In this document: piece by piece, positions 1 to 12,368 of the stretch
Position numbering within the stretch: the stretch's first letter is position 1
Layout: each line of letters opens with the position of its first letter
NCBI GenBank assembly: GCA_002269645.1
Contig: NIVC01000754.1
Location: 310,001 to 374,000 of the forward strand
Direction: 5' to 3'
Length of the DNA: 64,000 nt
Source of the DNA: Macrostomum lignano
Taxonomy: Eukaryota
Notes under the pieces: generated by a model
Databases searched by the model: none
Told to the model about the DNA's origin: nothing
What the model saw: only the letters and a program-made list of their open reading frames with translations
Translations under genes and position numbers: made by a program

Positions 1-1876
1 GGACTCTGAGACACTGGGACTCTGAGACACTGGGACTCTGAGACACTGGGACTCTGAGACACTGGGACTCTGAGACACTGGGACTCTGAGACACTGGGAC
101 TCTGAGACACTGGGACTCTGAGACACTGGGACTCTGAGACACTGGGACTCTGAGACACTGGGACTCTGAGACACTGGGACTCTGAGACACTGGGACTCTG
201 AGACACTGGGACTCTGAGACACTGGGACTCTGAGACACTGGGACTCTGAGACACTGGGACTCTGAGACACTGGGACTCTGAGACACTGGGACTCTGAGAC
301 ACTGGGACTCTGAGACACTGGGACTCTGAGACACTGGGACTCTGAGACACTGGGACTCTGAGACACTGGGACTCTGAGACACTGGGACTCTGAGACACTG
401 GGACTCTGAGACACTGGGACTCTGAGACACTGGGACTCTGAGACACTGGGACTCTGAGACACTGGGACTCTGAGACACTGGGACTCTGAGACACTGGGAC
501 TCTGAGACACTGGGACTCTGAGACACTGGGACTCTGAGACACTGGGACTCTGAGACACTGGGACTCTGAGACACTGGGACTCTGAGACACTGGGACTCTG
601 AGACACTGGGACTCTGAGACACTGGGACTCTGAGACACTGGGACTCTGAGACACTGGGACTCTGAGACACTGGGACTCTGAGACACTGGGACTCTGAGAC
701 ACTGGGACTCTGAGACACTGGGACTCTGAGACACTGGGACTCTGAGACACTGGGACTCTGAGACACTGGGACTCTGAGACACTGGGACTCTGAGACACTG
801 GGACTCTGAGACACTGGGACTCTGAGACACTGGGACTCTGAGACACTGGGACTCTGAGACACTGGGACTCTGAGACACTGGGACTCTGAGACACTGGGAC
901 TCTGAGACACTGGGACTCTGAGACACTGGGACTCTGAGACACTGGGACTCTGAGACACTGGGACTCTGAGACACTGGGACTCTGAGACACTGGGACTCTG
1001 AGACACTGGGACTCTGAGACACTGGGACTCTGAGACACTGGGACTCTGAGACACTGGGACTCTGAGACACTGGGACTCTGAGACACTGGGACTCTGAGAC
1101 ACTGGGACTCTGAGACACTGGGACTCTGAGACACTGGGACTCTGAGACACTGGGACTCTGAGACACTGGGACTCTGAGACACTGGGACTCTGAGACACTG
1201 GGACTCTGAGACACTGGGACTCTGAGACACTGGGACTCTGAGACACTGGGACTCTGAGACACTGGGACTCTGAGACACTGGGACTCTGAGACACTGGGAC
1301 TCTGAGACACTGGGACTCTGAGACACTGGGACTCTGAGACACTGGGACTCTGAGACACTGGGACTCTGAGACACTGGGACTCTGAGACACTGGGACTCTG
1401 AGACACTGGGACTCTGAGACACTGGGACTCTGAGACACTGGGACTCTGAGACACTGGGACTCTGAGACACTGGGACTCTGAGACACTGGGACTCTGAGAC
1501 ACTGGGACTCTGAGACACTGGGACTCTGAGACACTGGGACTCTGAGACACTGGGACTCTGAGACACTGGGACTCTGAGACACTGGGACTCTGAGACACTG
1601 GGACTCTGAGACACTGGGACTCTGAGACACTGGGACTCTGAGACACTGGGACTCTGAGACACTGGGACTCTGAGACACTGGGACTCTGAGACACTGGGAC
1701 TCTGAGACACTGGGACTCTGAGACACTGGGACTCTGAGACACTGGGACTCTGAGACACTGGGACTCTGAGACACTGGGACTCTGAGACACTGGGACTCTG
1801 AGACACTGGGACTCTGAGACACTGGGACTCTGAGACACTGGGACTCTGAGACACTGGGACTCTGAGACACTGGGAC
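1..1876. repeat. 16-bp satellite (GGACTCTGAGACACTG)n, ~117 copies, open at the window start; degenerate copies continue to ~2115
   Basis: Sequence lines recur every 240 bp (15 x 16). No variant unit is visible until 1876, after which come GAGACACT/AAGACACT-type degenerate units. Confidence 0.98.
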
Positions 1877-2634
1877 ACAAGCCACCAAGACACTGAGACA
1901 CTGAGACACTTGGACTCTGAGACACCAAGACACTAGGACACTGAGATACTGAGACACCAAGACACTAGGACACTGAGATACTGAGACACCAAGACACTAG
2001 GACACTGAAATACTGAGACACCAAGACACTAGTACACTGAGACATTGAGACACTGGGACTCTGAGACACTGGGACTCTGAGACACTGGGACTCTGAGACA
2101 CCAAGACACCAAGACAAGGCAAACAGACACTGTGACGTACACAGAAGTTAGGTGAACCTATACCAATCAGTTTTATAAATGAACCGATGAGCTATAAAAG
2201 ATGATCAAAGTTGACAGATTCAAAGCAAGAAGAAGGGATCTTTGTCTGCAGGAGGGCAGAGGACAGCTGGGATTACTTGAATGCTTGCAGTTTGAGCAGC
2301 AGAGCCCTCGAGCTCAGCAGGCATTGAGACAGCTCAAATCACAAGAGTTACTTGGCATGTGATCGATAAACAGAATCAGGATGGCAGTCACATGATGCAG
2401 CCCAGCGATTCCCTTAAATCCTTGTACCAGGTAATGAAGCATTGTAGGAAAACATATTTTTGCGAATCCTAATCAGCAGAGATCTGATTTTATTCATGTC
2501 CAAAACCGACTTTGAGTGCCGCCCACTTGATGTTCAATCCGGTTCCACGATGTGTCTAACCGGTTCTAATCAAAATGCATTAAACAGATGCGGATTTCAT
2601 TTCATTTGAAGCCAGTAAAGTTGCTGTCGTGCTA

Positions 2635-3230
2635 TATACTGTCCGTCAAAAGTTCCAGAACCCTTGCTACGATGTCTTCTAGCGGACATAATTTCAGTCC
2701 GTTTCAATTGTAACTTGATTTAAATGAAAGCTGCGGATCTCAGCTCCATGATGTGGTCAAGAAAAAGTTTATTCGAAGGAGCGCGTGTGAACAGGCCAGT
2801 GTTATGTACATAAAGGTTAGAGAAAAAAAGTGAGGAAAAGACAAACAAGCAATTGTCTATGGTTGCTGAGTCTATGGAGCAAACACACATGGGAAGGAAT
2901 CGGTTTGCGCGCAGTGTTCAGCCTGGCTAACATTAGTCTATGGCCAAAACTTGTGTTGAAATCAACAGGCTCTTATGGATTCTTCTTCAGTCAGCTTTCA
3001 TGGGAGAGTCAATTGCTTGTTTGTCTTTTCCTCACTTTTTTTCTCTAACCTTTATGTACATAACACTGGCCTGTTCACACGCGCTCCTTCGAATAAACTT
3101 TTTCTTGACCACATCATGGAGCTGAGATCCGCAGCTTTCATTTTAATCAAGTTACAATTGAAACGGACTGAAATTATGTCCGCTAGAAGACATCGTAGCA
3201 AGGGTTCCGGAACTTTTGACGGACAGTATA
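2635..3230. mobile_element. Foldback/MITE-like non-autonomous element with 221-bp terminal inverted repeats (2635-2855 and 3010-3230) around a 154-bp spacer
   Basis: The left arm TATACTGTCCGTCAAAAG...CAAGCAATTG is the reverse complement of the right arm CAATTGCTTG...CTTTTGACGGACAGTATA, with 2 mismatches seen. TA dinucleotides at both ends are compatible with a Tc1/mariner-type TA TSD. Confidence 0.85.
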
Positions 3231-3824
3231 AGTTAGTTATATAGCTTTTTGTCTCACGATTTCGCGGGCAAGACCGGCCTAAGGAATCGTCAGTGTGTTG
3301 CCCGCAGATTTTGTCTATGGCATAAGCGTAAACGTTTGTAACGCAAGAATTTTTTGTATTTTTTTGCGATTAAACTTGAAAAGTACAAAGTTCTAGTTTG
3401 GACTGCGGGCTTTTAATTTGGACATGCAGAGTTGAGCAAAGCCCAGAGAATGCTGGCTAGTCTATGGCACAAACCAGAAGCAACTGACGGGCTTTTAAAT
3501 TCGACAGCGGGCACAAATTTGGACACAGAAGACAAGAAGATCAAAGTTAAGAACGACAGTAATCAGCTTTTGATGGTAGGTTATGAATCTGTATATTTGA
3601 GCCAAACATTGGACTTATCCAAACCGTTAGATACAATTTTCTAAAACTTTAAACTTTAAAACTCTTGCATTGTCAGAGCCTGTTTCTTCCTTCTAAAAAA
3701 CTCGTCGTGTACTTTGTGCGCTGGCTCAAGAAAAAACATGCAAGAGAAAGGGAAAGGAAAAGACTGTCAAAATTTGTGCCCGCTGTGGAATTTAAAAGCC
3801 CGTCAGTTGCTTCTCAGTGCCAGC

Positions 3825-4006
3825 GATATGGCACCAAAGTCAGTGCTAGCAATATGGCGCTAAAGTCAGTGCTAGCAATATGGCGCCAAAGTCAGTGCTA
3901 GCGGTATGGCGCTAAAGTCAGTGCTAGCGGTATGGCGCTAAAGTCAGTGCTAGCGGTATGGCGCCAAAGTCAGTGCTAGCGGTATGGCGCTAAAGTCAGT
4001 GCTAGC
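3825..4006. repeat. 26-bp minisatellite, 7 copies (consensus GGTATGGCGCTAAAGTCAGTGCTAGC)
   Basis: Direct reading; 182 bp = 7 x 26. Confidence 0.95.
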
Positions 4007-4446
4007 GATGGCCCACTGCGAACTTACCTCAGTGAATTTTATCTCGCACTGCATCAGAAGCAGTGCCAGCAAACACAGGCTTGCTGGCTTCATATCCGGT
4101 TTTGTGAATAATTGGCCCTCCTGAAAAAGCTAATTAAACAAAATGAAATCTGATGCCTGATCGAGTCTGACTGAGATTCCCTTGTGGGGCCTTTCGTGAC
4201 CTGAACGTCTGCCGCTTTTGTGCAGCATGACGGGGGTGGGCCTGGGCGTACTTCCAGAAAACCAATGCACTTAATGCTGCACTGCTATTGGCTATCGCAC
4301 AGATCGAGCGAGCGGTTGACAGGCCATTGCGAGCAGCACCTGCGCTACATGGGCAATCGAAAACTGACACAGGTGAGGCAATAAAGGTGTCAGATTTTTA
4401 AGAAAGAAATTTTGCACTATCGTACGTAATTACTTTTATTAGCTAC

Positions 4447-5985
4447 GGAGGAGAGTGGGGAGAGTGGGAGAGTGGGAGAGTAGGGAGAGTGGAGAGAGTG
4501 AGGAGAGTAGAGAGAGTGGGGAGAGTAGAGAGAGTGGGGAGAGTAGAGAGAGTAGGGAGAGTAGAGAGAGTAGGGAGAGTAGAGAAAGGGGAGAGAGGGG
4601 GGAGTGGGGAGGGTAGAGAGAGTGGGAGAGTAGAGAGAGTAGGGACAGTAGAGAAAGTGGGGAGAGTGGGGAGAGTAGAGAGAGTGGGGAGAGTGGGGAT
4701 TGGGGAGAGTAGAGAGAGTAGGGAGAGTAGAGAAGGGGAGAGGGGGGAGAGTGTAGAGAATGGAGAGAGTGAAGAGAGTGAGAAGAGTAGAGAGAGTAGG
4801 GACTGGGAAGAGTAGGGAGAGTGAGGAGAGTGAGGAGAGTAGAGAGAGTGGAGAGTAGAGAGAGTGGAGAGTAGAGAGAGTGGAGAGTAGAGAGAGTGGA
4901 GAGTAGAGAGAGTGGAGAGAGTGGGGAGAGTGAGGAGAGTAGAGAGAGTGGGAAGAGTAGAGAGAGTGGGAAGAGTAGAGAGAGTGGAGAGTAGAGAGAG
5001 TGGAGAGTAGAGAGAGTGGGGAGAGTGGAGAGAGTGAGGAGAGTAGAGAGAGTGGGGAGAGTAGAGAGAGTGAGGAGTGGGGAGAGTAGAGAGAGTGGAG
5101 AGTGGGGAGAGTAGAGAGAGTGGGGAGAGTAGAGAGAGTGAGGAGTGGGGAGAGTAGAGAGAGTGGAGAGTGGGGAGAGTAGAGAGAGTGGAGAGTAGAG
5201 AGAGTGGAGAGTAGAGAGAGTGGAGAGTAGAGAGAGTGGAGAGAGTGGGGAGAGTGAGGAGAGTAGAGAGAGTGGGAAGAGTGGGGAGAGTGGAGAGAGT
5301 GAGGAGAGTAGAGAGAGTGGGGAGAGTAGAGAGAGTGAGGAGTGGGGAGAGTAGAGAGAGTGGAGAGTGGGGAGAGTAGAGAGAGTGGAGAGTGGGAAGA
5401 GTAGAGAGAGTGGAGAGTGGGGAGAGTAGAGAGAGTGAGGAGAGTAGAGAGAGTGGAGAGTGGGGAGAGTAGAGAGAGTGGAGAGTAGAGAGAGTAGAGA
5501 GAGTGGAGAGAGTGGGGAGAGTAGAGAGAGTGGAGAGTGGGAAGAGTAGAGAGAGTGGAGAGTGGGGAGAGTAGAGAGAGTGGAGAGAATGGAGAGAGTG
5601 AAGAGAGTGAGAAGAGTAGAGAGAGTAGGGACTGGGGAGAGTAGGGAGAGTGAGGAGAGTGAGGAGAGTAGAGAGAGTGGAGAGTAGAGAGAGTGAAGAG
5701 AGTGGGGAGAGTGGAGAGAGTGATGAGAGTAGAGAGAGTGGGGAGAGTAGAGAGAGTGGGGAGAGTAGAGAGAGTGGAGAGTGTGGAGAGTAGAGAGAGT
5801 GGGGAGAGTAGAGAGAGTGGAGAGTGGGGAGAGTAGAGAGAGTGGAGAGTGGGGAGAGTAGAGAGAGTGGAGAGTGGGGAGAGTAGAGAGAGTAGAGAGA
5901 GTGGAGAGAGTGGGGAGAGTAGAGAGAGTGGAGAGTGGGGAGAGTAGAGAGAGTGGAGAGTGGGTACTGGGGAGAGTGGGGGAAT
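4447..5985. repeat. Purine-rich low-complexity satellite (GAGAGTAGAGAGAGTG/GAGAGTGGG-type units)
   Basis: Almost exclusively G/A with interspersed T; the long ORFs over it are L/S/P/T low-complexity artefacts. Confidence 0.95.
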
Positions 5986-6647
5986 AGGACGCGAAGAGGA
6001 CACGGTAGCTGATACTGACTGGCTGGCTTCTCAGCTAATCTAGTTAATACAATATCTAAATCATATCGGAAAAATGCTATTATGAAGTTGTAAAACGAAG
6101 ACTGAGCGTTGCCATACGACCGCATATTAATTGCTCCACAACAAGCAGGCCATAATTAAGCCCCATCTCGTCAATCAAGCTATGAAACCTTTGTGCATGC
6201 CCCTAAATTGATGAAGCATGCGGCTTGGCAGCTGATTGACTGACAGTTGTGGATTGAGATTGGCTCAGTGCGTTTGCCGAAAAAAATCAAATGAGGGTCT
6301 AGTGAATTAGATTAGCTGTAGATGCAGTCTCCTCATGGTTGCTTAGCTTAATCAGAGACCTGCCACGCTGCCCTGCCCAAGCAGAGAGTATGTAATCTTG
6401 AAGATAAGAATCGCAGCGCGCTGCTTCAAAGATGCCTTCTTCCTTGCTCAAGTGAACTTGGTATTTTATGATGCTGTAGGTTTTCTAGTAGCAAGTCAGA
6501 GTATTGAAAAAGCACCACTCTTTAAGACACAATCTCTGACATTCGAGATGATTGAGTACGAGAGCTCAGTGGCTAGCTTTAGCATTAGAAAAGAAACTTT
6601 TTTGCCGATACATGTAACTCTGCGTATTGTCATGCGGCACGCGGCCT

Positions 6648-7070
6648 GATTCAGTGCCCTATCATAATGAGTCACATTATGGGCGCGTGATTTAAGGTCC
6701 TATCATGATGAGTCACGCTATGGGCGCGTGATTCAAGGTCATATCGTGATAAGTCACGCTATGGGCGCCTGATTTAAGGTCGTATCGTGATAAGTCACGC
6801 AATGGGCGCCTGATTTAGGGCGTATCGTGATAAGAGACGCAATGGGCGCCTGATTTAAGGTCGTATCGTGATAAGTCATGCTATGGACGCCTGAATGAAG
6901 GTCATATCGTGATAAGTGACGCAATGGGCGCCTGATTTAAGGTCGTATCGTGATAAGTCATGCTATGGGCGCCTGATTGAAGGTCGTATTGTGATAAGTC
7001 ACGCTATGGGCGCGTGATTCAATTTTGCATTGCGGTGAGTTACACTATGGGCGCGTGATTTAAGGTCGTA
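6648..7070. repeat. ~42-bp minisatellite, ~10 diverged copies (TGATTTAAGGTCGTATCGTGATAAGTCACGCTATGGGCGCC)
   Basis: Direct reading of the recurring unit. Confidence 0.9.
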
Positions 7071-7077
7071 AATACGA

Positions 7078-7793
7078 GTATAATCTTGGAGGTACATGTT
7101 CGTCTGCTCAGGATTGATGGCACAACTCTCGTATTGTTACTTTTGATTCTCGAATAAACTACTCACAAAAAGTAGTATCGTTGAATTTGAGTGTGAAAAC
7201 TATAAACCCCACAACCCAAAAGTTATCGACAGTGTTCTTTGAACTGTTTTTAACACCCTTTTTTTATTAGAGGCAGGGGGGTTGTGTGCACCCTGGCGCA
7301 ATTTAAGCGTCATTGGCACACAACCGGCGAGAGGCATTACTGCCCATTCCGCCGACTCCCCTGAGCAGGCATACAAGCGCGCGGATACGTTACGCAGGCA
7401 CATGCACACTCACACAGGAGTGTACAGCGGCCCTAACTTTATCAATTGTTAGGCATGTACACTTCACTGCGCCTTGGGGGGGGGTTGGCTCTCAAGGCCG
7501 TTAATTGCACAAGCGAGCCAAGCCAAGATTCCAATCCAGCCCCAAATTAATGTGGCTGCACTTGGAATCGAGCCTGGGTCGCTGGCACACCAGAGCAGCT
7601 GCGCTACCGCTGTATAATCTTGCAGGTACATGTTCGTCTGCTCAGGATTGATGGCACAACTCTCGTATTGTTACTTTTGATGCTCGAATAAACTACTCAC
7701 AAAAAGTAGTATCGTTGAATTTGAGTGTGAAAACTATGAACCCCACAACCCAAAAGTTATCGACAGTGTTCTTTGAACTGTTTTTAACACCCT
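7078..7793. repeat. 182-bp direct repeat pair (7078-7259 and 7612-7793) flanking a SINE
   Basis: GTATAATCTTG...TTTTTAACACCCT occurs twice, with 3 substitutions seen. Confidence 0.93.
7260..7611 (-). mobile_element. tRNA-derived SINE, slightly 5'-truncated, ending in CTCTAATAAAAAAA
   Basis: The reverse complement aligns over its full length with the copy at 22500-22861, including the B-box-like GGCTCGATTCC and the A-rich tail. Confidence 0.9.
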
Positions 7794-8325
7794 GAGCTGA
7801 ATAGTTCATCAAGAGCCATCGATCGGTTTTACAGACTTCAATTTAAAAGTTTTCGAAGTAAAATTTTTAGACCTTTCTGAAAAAGGCATCGGAATAGTAC
7901 AAGCAATACTTATTAAAATGATATGCGAGCAATTAGTTTATGACTCGTCATTTATTTTGTGTTTTATTGAGGAAGTTCAAACGCAAGCTCTGAGCATTGA
8001 TACGCTGATGCTAGAGCCTCATGTAGTGAAAAATACGGTTTCTATCCGGTCCTGCCTAATTAGGCTTGCAAAATACTTTTTTAAACAGTTTACAACCTAG
8101 AGACCAACTGTACTGCTCGTTTGAACAATAAATAATTCATTTGACATTCTAATTGGACTCAGGAATTTGCAGTTCAACTACTTCTATAACTCTTAGATTA
8201 ATTGAGTTCGCGTGAATAATTTATTGCTTATTTTAGAGCTTGTTTAATGACATATTTGAAGATTACCATGTGAAAGTGATATTACTGCTTTGACTGTTCT
8301 CACTTACCTTGGCGTCTCAGCAACT

Positions 8326-9355
8326 CCCTCTTTGAGCCTTGACATTGCGGCAACTCTCTCCTTGAGCCTTGGCAACTCATAAACTCCCTCCATGAGCCTT
8401 GGTTGAGCCTTAGCATCTCAGCAACTCATAAACTCCCCCCTTGAGCCTTGGTTGAGCCTTAGCATCTCAGCAACTCATAAACTCCCCCCTTGAGCCTTGG
8501 TTGAGCCTTGGCATCTCAGCAACTCATAAACTCCCTCCATGAGCCTTGGTTGAGCCTTAGCATCTCAGCAACTCATAAACTCCCCCTTGAGCCTTGGTTG
8601 AGCCTTAGCATCTCAGCAACTCATAAACTCCCCCTTGAGCCTTGGTTGAGCCTTGGCATCTCAGCAACTCATAAACTCCCTCCATGAGCCTTGGTTGAGC
8701 CTTAGCATCTCAGCAACTCATAAACTCCCCCTTGAGCCTTGGTTGAGCCTTGGCATCTCAGCAACTCATAAACTCCCTCCTTGAGCCTTGGTTAGCCTGT
8801 GCATCTCAGCAACTCTCTTCCTGAGCCTTGGCAACTCATAAACTCCCTCCATGAGCCTTGGTTGAGCCTTAGCATCTCAGCAACTCATAAACTCCCTCCA
8901 TGAGCCTTGGTTGAGCCTTAGCATCTCAGCAACTCATAAACTCCCTCCTTGAGCCTTGGTTAGCCTTGGCATCTCAGCAACTCTATTCCTGAGCCTTGGC
9001 ATCTCATAAACTCCCTCCTTGAGCCTTGGCATCTCATAAACTCCCTCCTTGAGCCTTCGTTGAGCCTTGGCATCTCAACAACTCCCACCTCGAGCCTTGG
9101 CATCTCATAAACTCCCTCCTCGAGCCTTGGCATCTCATAAACTCCCTCCTTGAGCCTTTGTTGAGCCTTGGCATCTCAACAACTCCCACCTCGAGCCTTG
9201 GCATCTCATAAACTCTCCTTGAGCCTTGGTTGAGCCTTGGCATCTCAACAACTACCTCCTTGAGCCTTGGCATCTCAAAAACTCCCTCATTGGGCCTTGT
9301 CATCTCATAAACTCCCTATTTGAGCCATAGCATCTCAGCAACTCCCTCCTTGAGC
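8326..9355. repeat. 48-49-bp minisatellite (TTGAGCCTTGGTTGAGCCTTAGCATCTCAGCAACTCATAAACTCCC..) with shorter derivative units at the right end
   Basis: The GCATCTC anchor recurs at 8462, 8511, 8560, 8608 and onward. Confidence 0.93.
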
Positions 9356-10920
9356 CCTTAATCCCGGGCCTTTTGCAAAAGTTTTTCCCAATCTATCTAT
9401 TTGTCCTCCTATATGGCACGTTATGGATAGAAATTTCACTTATCTCATTAAACATATGTTTAAAACGAAAATTCAATGAAAATTTCAAAAAATCAAAATA
9501 ACTAGGAAGTAATTATTCCCTAACCTAAAGTCCAAGAATTCTTATAACATTGTCTATGGCTCAAACTACCTCAAAAATTATCTGCAGCTTTTTCAAGTAA
9601 GATTAAGTCTTTGAGACTCTGTAGGGAGCCTGTGTCGGTGGATTCTAGAAGGCCCGTAGTCGGAATACCCAAGCAGACTAAGTTCGACCAGAGGCCCAGA
9701 CATCGAATCCTGGACTCTTCTCGAGTCGAGTCGAGTCTGATGGAGTGTCGGCGGCAGATGCTGGCCCAACGAGCTGAAGTCTTCATCGCTTGATGTGAGT
9801 TCACGATAATTTTGAGGCGCATTTTGATAACTCTCATCGACCAAGCAGTGTGCATGTGCACACTCTGTGCTGTGGGGGTTGATCTCTCTCTACTACTAGT
9901 CGGGCGCTCTACAACTCTGCCACCCAACTCCTGCCATTTTGTTTCAATATAGCTTTGTCTCCTTGTAGCTTGTGCTCTTGCGCCAACGCGTTGAAACGTG
10001 AGCAGTCCTGTCTGATTTGATTGTCTGGAGAGGCTGAGGCTTAAAGGCGAGGCGTTGGGAAACAGAAGGGGCTTTTAAGTCTCGGGATTAAGAAAGACAG
10101 AAAAAAAATTAATTTCGAGAAATGACTGCAGCTGTAGACGCTGCAGAGAACAACAAAATGAAGATGTTGAAAGCTACAATCAGCCCAGATTAGTTCGGTC
10201 TCTTTTTGCTTCTTCCTGCTCGTGCACCGAGCATCCGCTAACTACCCGCATCTGCCTGTATGCCTGCATGCGCTTCTCATTTGCACAGTGTTATCTACCC
10301 TCAGGCCTTCCTCGCCACTTCGCCTCCTCTAATCTTGCCTCGTTTTGGCGCTTTGCAGACAGAGGAGAAAATCTGGTCTACGATTTCATTATAAACACAG
10401 TCGCTCCGAACCCAGAGACAGGCGCGGAAGCGTTGAGCTCAGGAGTAGACAAACTAGCGGAACAGCTGGTAGGTTGTCATTGGTGACCGACGACTGACTC
10501 GCATCGGGCTAAATCACAGGTGGATGTACCGGGGGATGAGGCGACAGAGAGGCGGGGGTTGCAACTGGGGGGGGGAGCGGTGATAATCTCTATCCCTCTC
10601 TCCGAGGCAGCATACAGAGTCCGTACATTTCATTTGCGGGATGGGGAGTAGGATTTTTGGTCGGTTCACCCTCAAGCAGCTGCAATCTAGCGCGGTCTAC
10701 GATTGCATAGAGCTTGTTGTAACTCAGGATAGAAATGGAGAAGGGAATCAGGGGGAGGTGGTGAGGAGTAGGGGCCGGAGCTACCTGCCAAGCTCTGCTT
10801 AGGTAGAAGGGAAGGACGAAAGCGCGGCGTAGGGTCTGGCTGGGCAGATTTTGACTCCAGATCGGAGCGGCGTGCAACGAACAAAAAATGCTTTTTTCTC
10901 TACAGTTTCCCTCCTCTCCC

Positions 10921-10921
<1 letters not shown>

Positions 10922-10971
<50 letters not shown>
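10922..10971. repeat. (CT)n microsatellite
   Basis: Direct reading. Confidence 0.95.
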
Positions 10972-10975
<4 letters not shown>

Positions 10976-11520
10976 TTTCTGCTGCTCGCCGTCTCGGTAG
11001 ACCAGTGCTGGTCCAAAGCGGCACTGGTGGGGCTGAGTGAGCGCTGAGCTCTGAAAAAATCTTCAGCTCCATTTTACCTGGACCTGGTTTCTGTCTTCGC
11101 GTCTGTCTTCGAATTTGCTACAAAATTCATCCCGTTGTTGAACCGTCGCAGTGTCGCAGCAGGCGGCCAGCCGCTGCTACCGAAACGCTGCCGCTCTTCG
11201 AGCTGTTCCACTGCTGCTGCAGCGGCCTCCGCCGCCGCCACAGCCACCACGGTCATAGTTGCCATCGAAATCTGCGACAACTTCGCCACCAGCGCAACGG
11301 CAGCCGTCAGAAACAGTCCGAGGATGTCGAAAAAGATCGATGCAGCAGCCTTGGCGAAAGAATTAGCGGCGTCGGCGGTGAGGGCGTCGGTGGTGGCGGC
11401 TGCTGCAGCAGCATCGGTGGCTTCAGCGATGTCAACAATCAGGAATCCGACAATACTGACGATATATGCGCAGTCTGCGGGCTCTGCGGCGGTCAGTGGC
11501 GTCGTTGGCGACCGCTGCCG

Positions 11521-12368
11521 CTCGGGCTGGCCAGCTACGCTCACCAGGTGGGCGGGCACGGCCTGTTGTGCGGCGAGAAGGCCAGAATCCTCTCCGACGG
11601 CCGGGGAATTCTCTTCAAACCGGTGCAGCGCGAGCCCAAAGGCTGGCAGGAGGTCGACTTCTACCGGGTGGCGTCCAAGTGTCCAGGGGAGCCGCTGATT
11701 GAACGTCTGGCCGCCTTCCTGCCGCGCTACTGGGGCTGTTCCGCCACCCAAGTACTGGCAGGTTCTACATCGGCATGGAGGACCTGCTGCGGGGTCTCCG
11801 ACGGCCCTGCGTGATGGACTGCAAGATGGGCGGCCGGTCCACCCCGCCTGGTGCGCCGGCCTCCAAGCACCTGCTACAGAGGGCAATGTACGCGCACCGG
11901 GAGAAGCTGGGCTTCATCATAACAGGCTTTAAAGTGTTCCCGCCAGGTAAGAAGGCCAGGTATTACTCCATCATGCACGGCCGCTCGCTAAATGAGGAGG
12001 GCGTCTTCGCCAAAGGGTTTCTACCGTTCCTTGAGCCAGCTGGCAGCTCAAGTCGAATCTGTCGGGTTGCGACAGAAATAGTTCGCCAGCTGGAGCAGCT
12101 GCGAGCTTGGTTCACCGAGCAGAGGATCTACCTGTTCTACGCCAGCTCGCTGCTCATCGCCTACGAGTCGGCGCCAACCCAAGCCGACGAGCTCGGAGTA
12201 GTGGTCAGAATGGTGGACTTCGCCCACGCCACTCCCGCTGCTGCTGCGACAGCTGCAGCGATGGCTACAGCAGCCGCTCCAGACGAGAATTACCTGCTCG
12301 GCCTCGGACGGCTCATCGACTACTTTCGACGGGCGGTGGCCGAATCCGCTGCACTCCCACCTGGTTGA
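11521..12368 (+). CDS. IPMK: Inositol polyphosphate multikinase (IPK superfamily); two overlapping frames joined by a 1-nt frameshift at the GGGG run 11732-11735; start codon unresolved
   Basis: The first frame gives HQVGGHG...KPVQREPKGWQEVDFY...FLPRYWG. The second gives FRHPSTGRFYIGMEDLL, PCVMDCKMG (PxxxDxKxG inositol-binding motif), GFIITGFKVF, YSIMHGRSL, ASSLLIAYE (SSLL motif), VRMVDFAH (IDF-type motif) and DENYLLGL. These match IPMK better than IP6K or IP3K. Confidence 0.85.

Noticed and set aside
4226-4373. Possible plus-strand exon (TTTTGTGCAG| ... ACAG|GTGAGG) with two open frames
   Set aside because: No recognisable protein motif and no partner exons identified; cannot be supported.
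4417-6125. 528- and 560-aa ORFs over the purine-rich tract
   Set aside because: L/S/P/T low-complexity translations of a satellite, open in several frames only because the unit lacks stops; no synonymous-bias evidence.
9571-9927. Overlapping 60-118-aa ORFs in a moderately GC-rich patch
   Set aside because: No domain recognised and no consistent splice structure.
11074-11886. 270-aa minus-strand ORF and 187-aa plus-strand ORF 11135-11698
   Set aside because: GC-rich shadow or alternative frames of the IPMK locus with no recognisable motifs.
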